A stretch of 64,000 bases of DNA from Candidatus Bathyarchaeota archaeon (GTDB lineage Archaea; Thermoproteota; Bathyarchaeia; TCS64), in the NCBI GenBank assembly GCA_963769425.1, contig CAVYLP010000006.1, positions 448,001-512,000 of the forward strand, read 5' to 3'. This document shows, one piece after another, positions 20,409-30,919 of this stretch; positions within the stretch are counted from its first letter, which is position 1, and every line of letters begins with the position of its first letter. A program made the position numbers and the translations under genes. The notes under the pieces were generated by a model that searched no databases, was not told where the DNA came from, and saw nothing but the letters and a program-made list of their open reading frames with translations.

Positions 20409-20483
20409 GTTACGGGATGCAAGCGCCGAGCCTATAAATTCGCCCCCGAACCAGTTTTAACGCGGCAAGCGGATCGATGTAGC

Positions 20484-21377
20484 ATGGCAGGACTTAACCT
20501 CGAGGGAGTCTACGTCCCCAATGTCACGCCATTCGACGAGAAGGGGGAGATACAGTACGACGCACTCGGCGAGCTGATCGAGTACTGGATAGGCGCCGGC
20601 GTATCCGGGATAGTCGCCAACGCGAGCACTGGCGAGTCCCCGTACCTCAGTAGGGAGGAGCTGACCAGTATGCTTGGCTTCGTCCTCGAGAAGGTGGACG
20701 GGCGAGTGCAGGTCATCGCTGGCACGGGAGCCATGGCGACGAGGGAGACGATAGAGTTCACCCGGGACGCAAAGAACGCAGGCGCCGGGGGTGCCCTCAT
20801 CACTACGCCCTACTTCTACCGCCCGAGCGAGGAGGAGCTTTACCGCCACTACGCCGCGGTCCTCTCAGCCGTCGACCTCCCCTCTATAATCTACAACGTT
20901 CCAAAGTTCACCGGCTATAGCATCGCCCCCAAAACGATCGCTCGGATCGCCGATGACTGCAGCGACCTCGCCGGCGTCAAGGACAGCAGCGGGAGCCCCG
21001 GCAACATGGCGGAGATAATCCGACTGTGCGGCGACAGGATAGCCTGCCTCAGCGGGGCGGCGGACATGTTCCTCCCGACCCTCAGCCTCGGCGGGAGGGG
21101 CGCGGTCCTCGCCATAGCAAACGTCGTCCCGGGGACCTGCGTCGAGCTATACAAAGCCTTCCGAAACGGTGACATAGCCACGGCTGGGAAGAGGCAGAGA
21201 ACAGCCAGCCACGTGAATAACGTCCTCGTAGCCAGTTTTCCACAGGTCGCGGCCATCAAGTCCGCCCTCAACCGCATGGGATACGGTGCAGGTGCCCCGC
21301 GGCAGCCGCTCCTCCCCCTGAACGAGGCTCAGGAGAAGGCCGCTGCCGAGGCCTTGAAAAACACGAAGCTATACTAA
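20484..21377 (+). CDS. DapA/N-acetylneuraminate lyase family aldolase
   Basis: VTPF, STGE, TPYFY, IYNVP, GVKDSSG Schiff-base lysine. Confidence 0.88.
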   Translation: MAGLNLEGVYVPNVTPFDEKGEIQYDALGELIEYWIGAGVSGIVANASTGESPYLSREELTSMLGFVLEKVDGRVQVIAGTGAMATRETIEFTRDAKNAGAGGALITTPYFYRPSEEELYRHYAAVLSAVDLPSIIYNVPKFTGYSIAPKTIARIADDCSDLAGVKDSSGSPGNMAEIIRLCGDRIACLSGAADMFLPTLSLGGRGAVLAIANVVPGTCVELYKAFRNGDIATAGKRQRTASHVNNVLVASFPQVAAIKSALNRMGYGAGAPRQPLLPLNEAQEKAAAEALKNTKLY

Positions 21378-22849
21378 GAACTAGGTTTTTTTTCGGTCAA
21401 CGACAGTATGACCGTCACAGCCAGCGAGAGGGGTATGCTCACAATACCAGGGTTCTCCAGCGGGAAGATCGCTGCAGCCCCCATAACGGTGGGACTCAGG
21501 ATTATCAACAGGATCGAGGATGCGAGCCCTGTCCAGATGCCCGCAACGATGCCGCGCTCCTTCGCCCCCTTCCAGAAGATGGTGCACAGCAGCGCTGGCA
21601 GGTTCGCTGACGCTGCGATGGCAAAAGCAAGTCCGACGAGGAAGGCGACGTTCTGCCCCTTCGCAACTATTCCTAACGCGATAGCTAGTATCCCGACCCC
21701 CACAGCCGTTATCTTCGATATGCGAAGGATAGTCGCGTCACTCCGCTCTTTCCCCAGGTACTCAGTGTAGATGTCGTGCGCTATCGCCCCGGCTGCGGCC
21801 ATGATCAACCCGGAAACGGTCCCGAGTATGGTCGCGAAGGCTATGCTGCTGATGAGGGAGAAGAAAACCTCACCGCCTATGAAGTTGGCCAGCAGAGGGG
21901 CTGAGAGGTTCTGGTTCGTCGCGTCGTATGTGCGGAAGTAGTTCGCGCCGAGGCCGAGGAACAGGGTGAGGATGTAGAAGACGCCTATCGCGCCTATGGC
22001 GACGACGGTGGACTTTCTAGCGTCAGCCGGCGTTGGCACAGTGTAGTACCTAATCAGGACATGGGGTAGAGCCGCTGTCCCGAGTATCAGCCCCATCGCT
22101 AGGCTTGCGAAGTCCGTCGGGTTATGGTACTTGAGCCCCGGTGAGAGGAAGACATCCCCTGTCACAGTACCCCCGCTCGGCAGCAGGACGCTCTGGTTGT
22201 TGAGGATGCTCGTGATGAAGCTTATCGGGTCCTTCCCAGCGACGACGAGTACGCCGATGGTGAGGCCGAGCGCCGCGAGCAGAAGCAGGAACCCCTTGAT
22301 GAACTGGACATAGGTCGTGGATACCATCCCCGCCGTGGCCACAATCAGGATGACCAAAGCGCCGACGATGACGACCCCCACTTCGTATTGGAACCCGAGC
22401 AGGGGTTGGACTATACTCCCCGCCCCAACGATCTGAGGGATGAGGTAGAAGATGCTCACAACCAGCGTGCTCACCGCCGCGGCGAGCCTCACCCTCTTGC
22501 TCTTGAAGACGCTGACTAGCGCATCACCGAATGTGTACTTGCCCATCCGTCGGAGCGGCTCGGCGACGAGTAGGAGCGCCACGACCCACCCTGCGAGGAA
22601 ACCGATACTGTACATGAAGCCGTCGAAGCCGGAGAAGGCGATCAACCCGGCTATACCGAGGAAGCTCGCCGCGCTCAGGTAGTCACCGGCGAAGGCGATG
22701 CCGTTCATCAGCCACTTGACGCCTCCCCCCGCGACGTAGTAGTGGCTCGATGTCTTTACGCGCCTCGCTGCCCAGAAGCTGATGGCGAGGGTAATCCCGA
22801 CGATGATGGCGAAGAGCATGAAAGCCAACGGGTGGAAACTGTAATCCAA
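21374..22849 (-). CDS. actP: Cation/acetate symporter (SSS family)
   Basis: NGIAFAGDYLSAASFLGI, AEPLRR.GKYT, GTAALPHVLIRYYTVP, NPGIVSIP. Confidence 0.88.
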   Translation of the reverse strand: MDYSFHPLAFMLFAIIVGITLAISFWAARRVKTSSHYYVAGGGVKWLMNGIAFAGDYLSAASFLGIAGLIAFSGFDGFMYSIGFLAGWVVALLLVAEPLRRMGKYTFGDALVSVFKSKRVRLAAAVSTLVVSIFYLIPQIVGAGSIVQPLLGFQYEVGVVIVGALVILIVATAGMVSTTYVQFIKGFLLLLAALGLTIGVLVVAGKDPISFITSILNNQSVLLPSGGTVTGDVFLSPGLKYHNPTDFASLAMGLILGTAALPHVLIRYYTVPTPADARKSTVVAIGAIGVFYILTLFLGLGANYFRTYDATNQNLSAPLLANFIGGEVFFSLISSIAFATILGTVSGLIMAAAGAIAHDIYTEYLGKERSDATILRISKITAVGVGILAIALGIVAKGQNVAFLVGLAFAIAASANLPALLCTIFWKGAKERGIVAGIWTGLASSILLIILSPTVMGAAAIFPLENPGIVSIPLSLAVTVILSLTEKKPSS

Positions 22850-22850
22850 C

Positions 22851-23111
22851 TCACGACTCCTCCGTCTTCCCCGCGAACCAGTTGTAGAGTAGGGCGATCA
22901 CGATCGCCGAGATGATGATCAGCATGCCGCTGACGACACCGAGGTTGAGGCCGCCGAGCCTCAGCGTGAGGACGCTCCTGAAGAACGTCCCCGCCAAAGT
23001 GAAGAGGGTATAACCAACGATGTAGACGGCGAAGAGGGCCAAGCCAAAGCGGAACTTCCGCCTCTCCGCTTTATGTCTAGCCATGGAATCATCTAAACGG
23101 TCATCAACCAT
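22851..23111 (-). CDS. DUF485 (YjcH-like) small membrane protein; start uncertain
   Basis: Two TM helices, directly upstream of actP as in yjcH-actP operons. Confidence 0.7.
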   Translation of the reverse strand: MVDDRLDDSMARHKAERRKFRFGLALFAVYIVGYTLFTLAGTFFRSVLTLRLGGLNLGVVSGMLIIISAIVIALLYNWFAGKTEES

Positions 23112-23234
23112 ACAAAGCACCATTAGTACAGTAAATACTCTAAAGACCATTTATCACCGAGTTGGCGTAAAGAACTTTCTCCCATCAGCGGCAATCGTCA
23201 GAATATTCATCGCCAAATAACACCCTACAAAACC

Positions 23235-23403
23235 ATGAAACAGAGCATCGCCGAAGTAATGGGAGGCTACGAGATCGCGGACCAATCTCACACCTTCGAG
23301 GAGGGGATGTATCTCATCGCCCTACCCCCTCAAGATCGGTGAAGGCACAGGCTCTTCTAAAAGGGCCATCGCCCTCGCCCCCAGAAACCCTACCCATAAA
23401 TGA
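23235..23403 (+). pseudogene. Cyclase/kynurenine formamidase C-terminal remnant
   Basis: GMYLIALP|LKIGEGTGSSKRAIAL across a shift in the C-run at ~23325 matches the cyclase-family LIALPLKI..GTGSP.RAIA motif; the rest of the gene is absent. Confidence 0.55.
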
Positions 23404-23456
23404 GAAGCCTCCGAATCTAACTTAAATCCCGATACCCCTAGGATAGATCGAGGACA

Positions 23457-23918
23457 ATGTTCGACCCCGTTTTCAGCAAGGTGCTAGTCGCATACGACGG
23501 CTCAGACGCATCCAAGAGGGCTCTCGACCACGCGGCTAAGATGGCGGCCATGTTCGAGGGGGAACTCATCATACTCACGGTCGTCCCGAAGGTCTCCGTG
23601 CCCGTCTACTCCAACGCTGAGCTCGGCGCGCAGGCGATGGACATCGCCAGCCTCCAGGAGCGTATGCGCGAGAACTACGGCCAGTCGATAAAGAAGGCAG
23701 AGGAGGAGATCCATGGTTTATACCCCCACCTCAAAGTCGACACCATCCTCACGGAGGGGAGACCCGCCTCAATCATCGTCTCCGAGGCGGACAAGCAGGG
23801 CGTCAGCCTCATAGTGATGGGGAGCAGGGGACTCGGCGGGATCACGGGGTGGATACTCGGAAGCACGAGCCGCCAGGTCGTCGACCTTTGCACCAAGGCC
23901 ATCCTTATAGTAAAGTAG
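23457..23918 (+). CDS. Universal stress protein
   Basis: VLVAYDGS, LIVMGSRGLGG...LGSTS. Confidence 0.92.
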   Translation: MFDPVFSKVLVAYDGSDASKRALDHAAKMAAMFEGELIILTVVPKVSVPVYSNAELGAQAMDIASLQERMRENYGQSIKKAEEEIHGLYPHLKVDTILTEGRPASIIVSEADKQGVSLIVMGSRGLGGITGWILGSTSRQVVDLCTKAILIVK

Positions 23919-23990
23919 GCCCCCCTTTTTCACCCACGCCTCTACGGTAACCTTTAACACACTCGCCAACGGGATACAATACGAAAACCG

Positions 23991-25319
23991 ATGGTCCTAG
24001 AGAAGCTCGGCTCTAGTCTCTACGACGCACTACGTAAGGTCATAAAGGCATCAGTTGTAGACGAGGCCCTGGTCAAGGAACTGATCCGAGACTTCCAGCG
24101 AGCACTCCTGCAAGCCGACGTAAACGTCGCCCTCGTCATGCAGCTAAGCCAGAACATCGAGAAGAGGGCGTTAAACGAGGAGCTCCCACCGGGCATAAGT
24201 CGCAGGGAGCACGTCGTCAAGGTCGTCTACGATGAGCTGACCAAGTTCGTCGGCGAGAAGCAGGACGACATAAAGATCGTACCCGGTAAACAGAACATCC
24301 TGATGCTCGTTGGCATCCAAGGCTCGGGGAAGACGACTACGGCGGGTAAGCTCGCCCGCTACTACCAGAAGAGGGGCCTCAAGACGGGGCTCATCACCTG
24401 TGACACCTTCCGGCCAGGCGCCTTCAACCAGCTGAAGCAGATTTCAGAACAGATCAAGGTCGACTTCTACGGCGAGCTTGATAGCAAGGATGCCGTCTCT
24501 GTCGCGAAGCACGGCGTGGACCGCTTCAAGTCGTACGAGGTCGTCATCCTCGATACCTCGGGTCGTCACAAGGAGGAGAAGGGGCTCATCGAGGAGATGC
24601 AACAGATCGCCGCAGCGGTGAAGCCCCAGGAGATAATCCTCGTCCTCGACGGCACCATCGGGCAGCAGGCATCCTCTCAGGCCCAAGCATTCATGGAGGC
24701 GACTCCCATCGGCAGCATCATCGTCTCCAAACTCGACGGCACAGCCAGGGGCGGAGGCGCGCTCAGCGGCGTCGCCGCCACGGGCGCCCACATCAAGTTC
24801 ATCGGTACCGGCGAGAAGATCGAGGACATAGAGCCATTCGCACCAGGCCGCTTCGTCGGCCGCCTACTCGGAATGGGGGATATAGACGGACTCGTCGCCA
24901 AGGTCAAGGAGGCCGAGATCCAGCCCAGCGAGAAGGACGTCCGCCAGATGATGAGCGGGAAGTTCAGTCTACAGGACATGTACGACCAGTTCGAGGCGAT
25001 GAGCAAGATGGGCCCCATCCAGAAAGTCCTAGGTATGATCCCTGGGATGAGCTACCAGCTCCCGGAGGCCGACATGGAGAAGGCCGAGGAGCGCCTCGAG
25101 AAGTGGAAGGTCATAATCAGGAGCATGACCATCGAGGAGAAGGAGGACCCGAAGGTCATCAACTCAAGCCGCATGAAGCGCATCGCCCGTGGCTCGGGCA
25201 CCACCGAGGCCGACGTTAGGGAGCTGATCAAACAGCATGAGAACATGAAGAAGATGTTCAAGCAGCTCAAGGGGAACCGCCGCCTCAGGAACATGCCTAT
25301 GAAGATGTTCCAGAGATAG
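23991..25319 (+). CDS. srp54: Signal recognition particle protein SRP54
   Basis: [36 protein letters not shown], Met-rich M domain with RIARGSG. Confidence 0.96.
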   Translation: MVLEKLGSSLYDALRKVIKASVVDEALVKELIRDFQRALLQADVNVALVMQLSQNIEKRALNEELPPGISRREHVVKVVYDELTKFVGEKQDDIKIVPGKQNILMLVGIQGSGKTTTAGKLARYYQKRGLKTGLITCDTFRPGAFNQLKQISEQIKVDFYGELDSKDAVSVAKHGVDRFKSYEVVILDTSGRHKEEKGLIEEMQQIAAAVKPQEIILVLDGTIGQQASSQAQAFMEATPIGSIIVSKLDGTARGGGALSGVAATGAHIKFIGTGEKIEDIEPFAPGRFVGRLLGMGDIDGLVAKVKEAEIQPSEKDVRQMMSGKFSLQDMYDQFEAMSKMGPIQKVLGMIPGMSYQLPEADMEKAEERLEKWKVIIRSMTIEEKEDPKVINSSRMKRIARGSGTTEADVRELIKQHENMKKMFKQLKGNRRLRNMPMKMFQR

Positions 25320-25320
25320 A

Positions 25321-27211
25321 CTACCTGAGAAGGCCCCTCTTCTCCAGCTTCTCGACCACCTCGGGAAGATCCAGCGCCTCCAGCGTCTCCCTCCGTTGTA
25401 GTCCCGTCCCCGGGTCCCAGCCATGGAGGGTGTAGTACTCGTCGAGCATCCTCTCCCACTTCTCGTGGTCGATGCGCTCCCCCTTGTAGGGCCCAGACTT
25501 CACCGGCTCCTCCCAGAACCTCTTCGGTGGATGGTCATCCCGACGGGTGAACCCACCGTGGAGCACGTTGAACGCCTTCTCGAGGTTGACGACCTGGCGC
25601 CCTATCCTCATGAACCGGTCGACTGATATGTCCATCCCCGTGAGACTGCTCGCCAGTTCAGCGACGTATTTCGCCGCGTCGGGGGCGGCCTTCGTCTCCC
25701 AGGATAGGAGCCCATTGTTGTAGAGGCAGGTCCCCGTCATGTCGACTATGGCTTTGAACTGTTCCTGCATGTGAACGCCGTAGGGGACGCCCTCGTAGCT
25801 GAGGAACTCCTCAGGGGTGAAGCTGTGCGTCGCGCCACGTAGGTGGCGCCCGGCTGATGCTGAGGTGACGACGCCGAAGCCCCACCCCTTGGAGATGCGA
25901 ATGCCGTCGACGGTGTCCTGTCCCTTTATATGGAGCGCGAACTCCTCCGACCCCTTGCCCAGCCTCTCCGCCGCGGCTTTGACGCCGTCTGCGAGCAATT
26001 CACCGAACCCCTCCCTGTACGCGATCTTCTCTATGAGAGCCAGACACGGCGTCGTGGTTGCCCCACTTAAGCTCCAAACCATCGGTGTCCTTCTTCGTGA
26101 GAAGCCCTTTCTCGTAGCATTCGAAGGCCCAAGCGATGACGACGGACACGTTATCCCCGTCGAGCCCGAGCTGGTTCGTCCGCAGATGCGCCTTGATCGC
26201 CGCCTCGGGGTTGGAGCAGTCCACCCGTGTGCAGAAACTGTTGCTGCTGTTGTTCCACCACCCCTCCCCCTCGATCGCGTATGGACCATCTGGCACGAGC
26301 ATCCACGGCATGCAGCCGACTGGGCAGCCGTAGCAGGCGAGTATCTTCGTCCTGTACTTCTTCATGGCGTCGCCGGAGACTAGCTTGATCTTCTCGGGGT
26401 CCCAGTACTCGTCCTGCCCGTTCCGTACGGGGCGGAAGCCGGCCTCCCACGCGGGGCTGCCGTAGTAGCTCTCGACGCCGTAGTAGCCATCGACGCGGTA
26501 CTTCGCCGCCTTCGGGAACTGCTCAATCTTCTCCCTAGCAGCATCAACCGCTTTGATGAACCTCTCCGGCTCCGCGATGGCTATCGACTGTGTGCCCCTT
26601 GCGGCGATCGCCTTGAGGTTCTTGGAACCAAGGATTGCGCCGATGCCCGAACCCCCAGCGGCCTTCGACCTGTCGGATATGACGCAGGCTGACTTGACGA
26701 GATTCTCGCCGGCGGGGCCGATGCCTATTACGCGTACCTCGTCGTCGCGCTGCTCCGCCCTGATGGCGCGCTCGGTCTCCCAAGTCGTCTTCCCCCAGAC
26801 CCCGTGGGCGTCCCTCAGCTCCGCATCCCCCTCGTTCAGCCAGAGGTAGACGGGCTCATCGGCGCGCCCCGTGAATACCAGTGTGTCGAAACCCGCGTGC
26901 TTCATCTCCGCACCGAAGTGTCCACCGCAGTTCGCGGAGCCGACGCCCCCCGTGAATGCGTTCTTTGTGTCGATGGATATCCTGCTCCCGAACGGGGACA
27001 AGGTGCCGACGAGTGGGCCGACGCCGAACAGCACCATGTTCTCGGGGGCCAACGGCCTCACGGAGGGGTCCAGCTCGTTGAAGAGTATCCAGGCGTTGAT
27101 GCCCCTGCCACCGACGACCCTGTCCGCGTACCTAGCCGTCGGCTCAACGATGAGCCTCCCGCGGGTAAGGTCGACCCTGAGCATCTTCCCGGCGTATCCC
27201 GGGCGCCTCAT
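25321..27211 (-). CDS. aor: Aldehyde:ferredoxin oxidoreductase family (W/Mo-pterin), frameshift near 26045
   Basis: GYAGKMLRVDLT, IGPAGENLV, GSKNLKAI, CYGCPVGC; C-half LIEKIAYREGFGELLADG...MLDEYYTLHGWD. Confidence 0.88.
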
Positions 27212-27447
27212 TGCTTGACGCTCCTCGCGCCATAGGCGCAGTACTTGACGCATAGCAGAGTCTCCTCCCCGGCGCACCAATCGCATGTGGAGTCGAGGCT
27301 CATGGTGATCTTCGCCGAGTCGTTGTCCCGGTGGATGTGTGTGCTTACCACGGCGGGGTTGAACGCCTCATGGCCGGTGTGGTGGAGGGAACAAGCGGCC
27401 TCGCAGAGCTTGCACCCCTTGCAGCGGGTGGGATCAAGGAGGATCAA
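27208..27447 (-). CDS. Small 4Fe-4S ferredoxin associated with AOR
   Basis: CKGCKLCEAAC and CDWC...CVKYC; overlaps the aor start. Confidence 0.85.
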   Translation of the reverse strand: MILLDPTRCKGCKLCEAACSLHHTGHEAFNPAVVSTHIHRDNDSAKITMSLDSTCDWCAGEETLLCVKYCAYGARSVKQ

Positions 27448-27490
27448 TCGTGATTCCTGAGAAAAATGGCTCGGGGGTAAATGAACCTGT

Positions 27491-29473
27491 CTAGAGGTAG
27501 GTCTCGAACCAACGGAGGATGTGTCCTAGGCGCGCCTCTCTGTGCTTCGGCTTCCCGCTGCGGCTCAACTCATGGTTCTCCCCAGGGAACCTGATGAACT
27601 CGGTGGGGACGCCGAGATACTTGAGGGCAGTGAAGAACTGCTCCCCCTGCTCCATGGGGCAGCGGTAGTCCTCCTCGCTGTGGAGGACGAGGGTCGGGGT
27701 CTTGACGTTCTTGACGTACCTTATGGGGCTCTTCGCCATGAACTCTTCCTCGTTCTCCCACGGGACACCGAGCATCTCCCTCCTCCCGAATGTCCATCCG
27801 ATGTCGGATGTGCCGAAGAAGCTCACCCAGTTGCTTATGCTACGCATTGTCACCGCTGCTTTGAAACGGGTCGTGTGTGTGACTATCCAGTTCGTCATGT
27901 AGCCGCCGTAGCTGCCTCCGAGGCAGGCGAGGCTCTCACCGTCGATCCAGTCGAAGGTCTTGATGCAGTGGTCGACGGCCTCCATGATGTCGGCGTAGTC
28001 CTGCTCACCGTAGTGGCCGGGTAGCCCCGCCTGGAAGTCCTCCGAGTAACCCCCGCTCCCCCACGGGTTGATGTACATGACAGCGTAGCCCCGACCAGCG
28101 AGAACTTGGTGCTCGTGCATGAAGGCGTTGCCGAAGACGCCGCGGGGTCCGCCGTGTATCTCGACGACCATCGGGTACTTCTTCCCCTTCTTGAAGCCGC
28201 TCGGCTTCATTATCCAGCCCTCGACGACGTGGCCTCCACTGGACGTGAAGGTGAAGCGCTCGTGTGGGCGGAGGTCCAGGTCCTGACACCACTTCTTGTT
28301 GAAGTCGGTGATCTGCCTGTCCTTGCCGTTGGTCCTGATCCAGAGGTCTGGCGGCCTCGTCGTGGCGAGTGCCATGTAGGCGAGAGCCCCCTCCCTGTTC
28401 ATGCTCCAGGACTCTACGCCGTGGTCGACCTCGCCGAGGAGTTTCTGGACCTTGCCCCCCTTCGCCTTGACCCTGTTTAACGTGCTGACACCGGCGAAGT
28501 TTGATGTGAAGTAGATGAACCCGTCTCCGCCCCAGAGGGGCGTCGGGTCTATCGAGGAGACGCGCACGTCGCAGCTCAGCTTCACGCCGAGGTCGGGCTC
28601 GAAGTCCTCGGTGACCTTCCTCGGGGCTCCCCCCTCGGCGGGCATCACCCAGATGTCTGCCTTGGTCGCGCCGCCCTTCCTGTAGTCGTGGCCCGCGAAC
28701 GCGATCTCCTTACCGTCCGGGGATGGTGACACACCGACCATGCCGCCACCCGCGCCGTGGATGCTCCAAGTCCCCTCGGTGAGCCTCCTCGGCTCCCCCC
28801 TCGGGTCGACCAGATAGATGTGATCGTAGTCGTCCCGATCCGCATCCGGGTCGGTGTTCCCATAGAATAGTATGTCGGAGCCAATCCATTCGGCCCCCTC
28901 GATCTTGTACTCTCCCTTCGTCACCTGCTTCGGCTTACCGCCCCTCAGAGGGATGGTAAAGGCGTGCTTGTATATGCCCGGATAGAAGCCTCTGCCGTTG
29001 AACTTGTAGCCCAGGCGCGTGATGCGCTTGGCGTCTCCCTTGGGTTCCTCGGGCTGCGTGGGGCTGATGAAGAGTATCTGCTTCCCGTCGGGGCTCCACC
29101 TAGGCGCCTCGACGCCGAGTTTCAGGTTGGTGAACTTCCTCGCCTCCCCGCCGTCGATCGGGATGACATATAGCTGGGGCTTCTTCTTCTCCTCCCCCTC
29201 TTTGGTGGGGGGCGTTGACGTGAAGGCAAGCCTCTTCCCGTCGGGGGACCACCGCGGCCCCTTGTCCTTCCCCCTCCCCAAGGTGAACTGAGAGGATGTA
29301 CCCGTCTTAGAATCCGTCACCCAGATGTCGCTCACGTATTCGTCCTTCTCGTAGTCGAACGTCGTGTGGACGAAGGCTACGCTTCGTCCATCCGGAGAGA
29401 TGCGGGGATCCGACACCATCCTGAGCCTGAAAAGGTCCTTTACCTCAACCGGTTTCCTCTTCGCCAAGAACAC
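27491..29473 (-). CDS. S9C acylaminoacyl/prolyl oligopeptidase
   Basis: WSPDGK propeller repeats, IHGGP, GGSYGG nucleophile, EDYRC, ENHELSRSG. Confidence 0.92.
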   Translation of the reverse strand: MFLAKRKPVEVKDLFRLRMVSDPRISPDGRSVAFVHTTFDYEKDEYVSDIWVTDSKTGTSSQFTLGRGKDKGPRWSPDGKRLAFTSTPPTKEGEEKKKPQLYVIPIDGGEARKFTNLKLGVEAPRWSPDGKQILFISPTQPEEPKGDAKRITRLGYKFNGRGFYPGIYKHAFTIPLRGGKPKQVTKGEYKIEGAEWIGSDILFYGNTDPDADRDDYDHIYLVDPRGEPRRLTEGTWSIHGAGGGMVGVSPSPDGKEIAFAGHDYRKGGATKADIWVMPAEGGAPRKVTEDFEPDLGVKLSCDVRVSSIDPTPLWGGDGFIYFTSNFAGVSTLNRVKAKGGKVQKLLGEVDHGVESWSMNREGALAYMALATTRPPDLWIRTNGKDRQITDFNKKWCQDLDLRPHERFTFTSSGGHVVEGWIMKPSGFKKGKKYPMVVEIHGGPRGVFGNAFMHEHQVLAGRGYAVMYINPWGSGGYSEDFQAGLPGHYGEQDYADIMEAVDHCIKTFDWIDGESLACLGGSYGGYMTNWIVTHTTRFKAAVTMRSISNWVSFFGTSDIGWTFGRREMLGVPWENEEEFMAKSPIRYVKNVKTPTLVLHSEEDYRCPMEQGEQFFTALKYLGVPTEFIRFPGENHELSRSGKPKHREARLGHILRWFETYL

Positions 29474-29612
29474 TCACATGGTTAAGTTTCTTCGTATTCT
29501 TTAAAAAACCCCCGAGTGGGAGCGGTCGAAATTAATAGAACTTATAAAAGAGTGTGTTGATTAGGTGTGGTGCTCAGCCGGGGGCTATACCACCGGAGAT
29601 GGGGCGAAAATA

Positions 29613-29906
29613 ATGGGAAAGAGCCAAGGACTACGCAGAAAGAGCAGGGCTGCTCTCACTAAGAAGGTCAGGGAGCACGGGAAGATTCCGCTTACGAGGC
29701 TACTTACAGAGTACCTACCTGGTGAGAAGGTCATTATAAAGATCGACCCAGCCATCCACAAGGGCATGCCCCACAAGAGGTTCGCAGGGCAGGTCGCCAC
29801 AGTCAAAGCAAAGCGCGGGAAGGCATACGTCCTCGAGATCCCGCAGACAAAGATAGTCAAGACCATCATCGCGCTACCCCAGCACCTCAGGAAGCACGTC
29901 GATTAA
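29613..29906 (+). CDS. rpl21e: 50S ribosomal protein eL21
   Basis: MGKSQGLRRKSR, IDPAIHKGMPHKRF.G, P.HL. Confidence 0.93.
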   Translation: MGKSQGLRRKSRAALTKKVREHGKIPLTRLLTEYLPGEKVIIKIDPAIHKGMPHKRFAGQVATVKAKRGKAYVLEIPQTKIVKTIIALPQHLRKHVD

Positions 29907-29919
29907 GGGGCAAAACGCC

Positions 29920-30246
29920 ATGTCTGTAGTTGAGAAAAAGGAGATAACTGTCGCCGAGGCGAAAGCGCTTCTAGAGGCTAAGGCGGAGGAACTCGATCCC
30001 CTACAGCGCAGGGTACTCGACTACACGGTTCGCTTCGCTAAGACGGGCAGCGCCGATTCCGATAAGCTCGTTTCCGAGCTCATGGAGAAGGGCGGGATCG
30101 ACAGGCAGCTAGCCGTTCAGCTTGCGAACTGCATGCCGGGCAGCATCGCGGAGATCCGCACGTTCCTGGGTCGCCAGAGGATCATATCCGAAGAGGCCGT
30201 CGGCAGCATCCTGACAATAATCAAGAAATACAGGACCACACAATAG
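29920..30246 (+). CDS. rpo4: RNA polymerase subunit Rpo4 (F)
   Basis: ITVAEAK, QRRVLDY..RF, AVQLANCMP...EIRT; position after rpl21e. Confidence 0.88.
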   Translation: MSVVEKKEITVAEAKALLEAKAEELDPLQRRVLDYTVRFAKTGSADSDKLVSELMEKGGIDRQLAVQLANCMPGSIAEIRTFLGRQRIISEEAVGSILTIIKKYRTTQ

Positions 30247-30251
30247 TTCAC

Positions 30252-30866
30252 GTGCAGGCCAGCCCGGGTGTGAACGTTTTGTATAGGGACCAGAAGAAGT
30301 ACGAGGAGTACGCATACGTCCTAGACTACCTCGAACACGGTCGCCCTGGGGCGCTGAGGACCCCGCATAGCTCCAGCGGGATCATCCAGATGGTCGGCGA
30401 GTCATATTTCACATTGCTGGAGGCCTCCCCGAAGAAAGACGCTGAGTACAACCCCCGCGACAGGATATTCGTTGGCAAGGGCGACAGGGCCCTAGTCTCC
30501 CATATCATAGGGAGGGTTACTTACTCAGAACTCACAAACTCAGCCAAGGCTGAGTTACCGGGGGTTGTCGAGATAATAGTCAGAGCGAACGAGCAGTTCT
30601 TCGTCAACTTCTTCAACACGAGCCAACCGGTTACACCGAGGATGCACAGCCTCGAGCTTATCCCAGGCATCGGGAAGAGGCTCATGTTCCAGATCCTTGA
30701 CCTTAGGGAGAAGGCTCCTTTCGTGAACTTCAAGGACATCGAGGAAAGGGTTAACCTGAAGGACCCCCCGGCGCAGCTCGCAAAGAGGGTCCTCGAGGAG
30801 CTCAGCCAAGAGGAGAAATACCTACTCTTCACGAGGCCGAGCGCCGACCACGTCTACCAGCAGTAG
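30252..30866 (+). CDS. DUF655 (OB-fold/HhH nucleic-acid-binding protein)
   Basis: EEYAYVLDYL, FTLLE, FFN...TPRMHSLELIPGIGK. Confidence 0.9.
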   Translation: MQASPGVNVLYRDQKKYEEYAYVLDYLEHGRPGALRTPHSSSGIIQMVGESYFTLLEASPKKDAEYNPRDRIFVGKGDRALVSHIIGRVTYSELTNSAKAELPGVVEIIVRANEQFFVNFFNTSQPVTPRMHSLELIPGIGKRLMFQILDLREKAPFVNFKDIEERVNLKDPPAQLAKRVLEELSQEEKYLLFTRPSADHVYQQ

Positions 30867-30919
30867 CCGTCTGATAATCCTTTTACCCTGAGGGGTATTA
30901 TTCTCACCCTGATTGGGTC

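Noticed and set aside
29564-29591. Hairpin leader upstream of rpl21e
   Set aside because: Stem is G-U-rich and starts only ~15 nt after the TATA box, probably partly upstream of the transcription start
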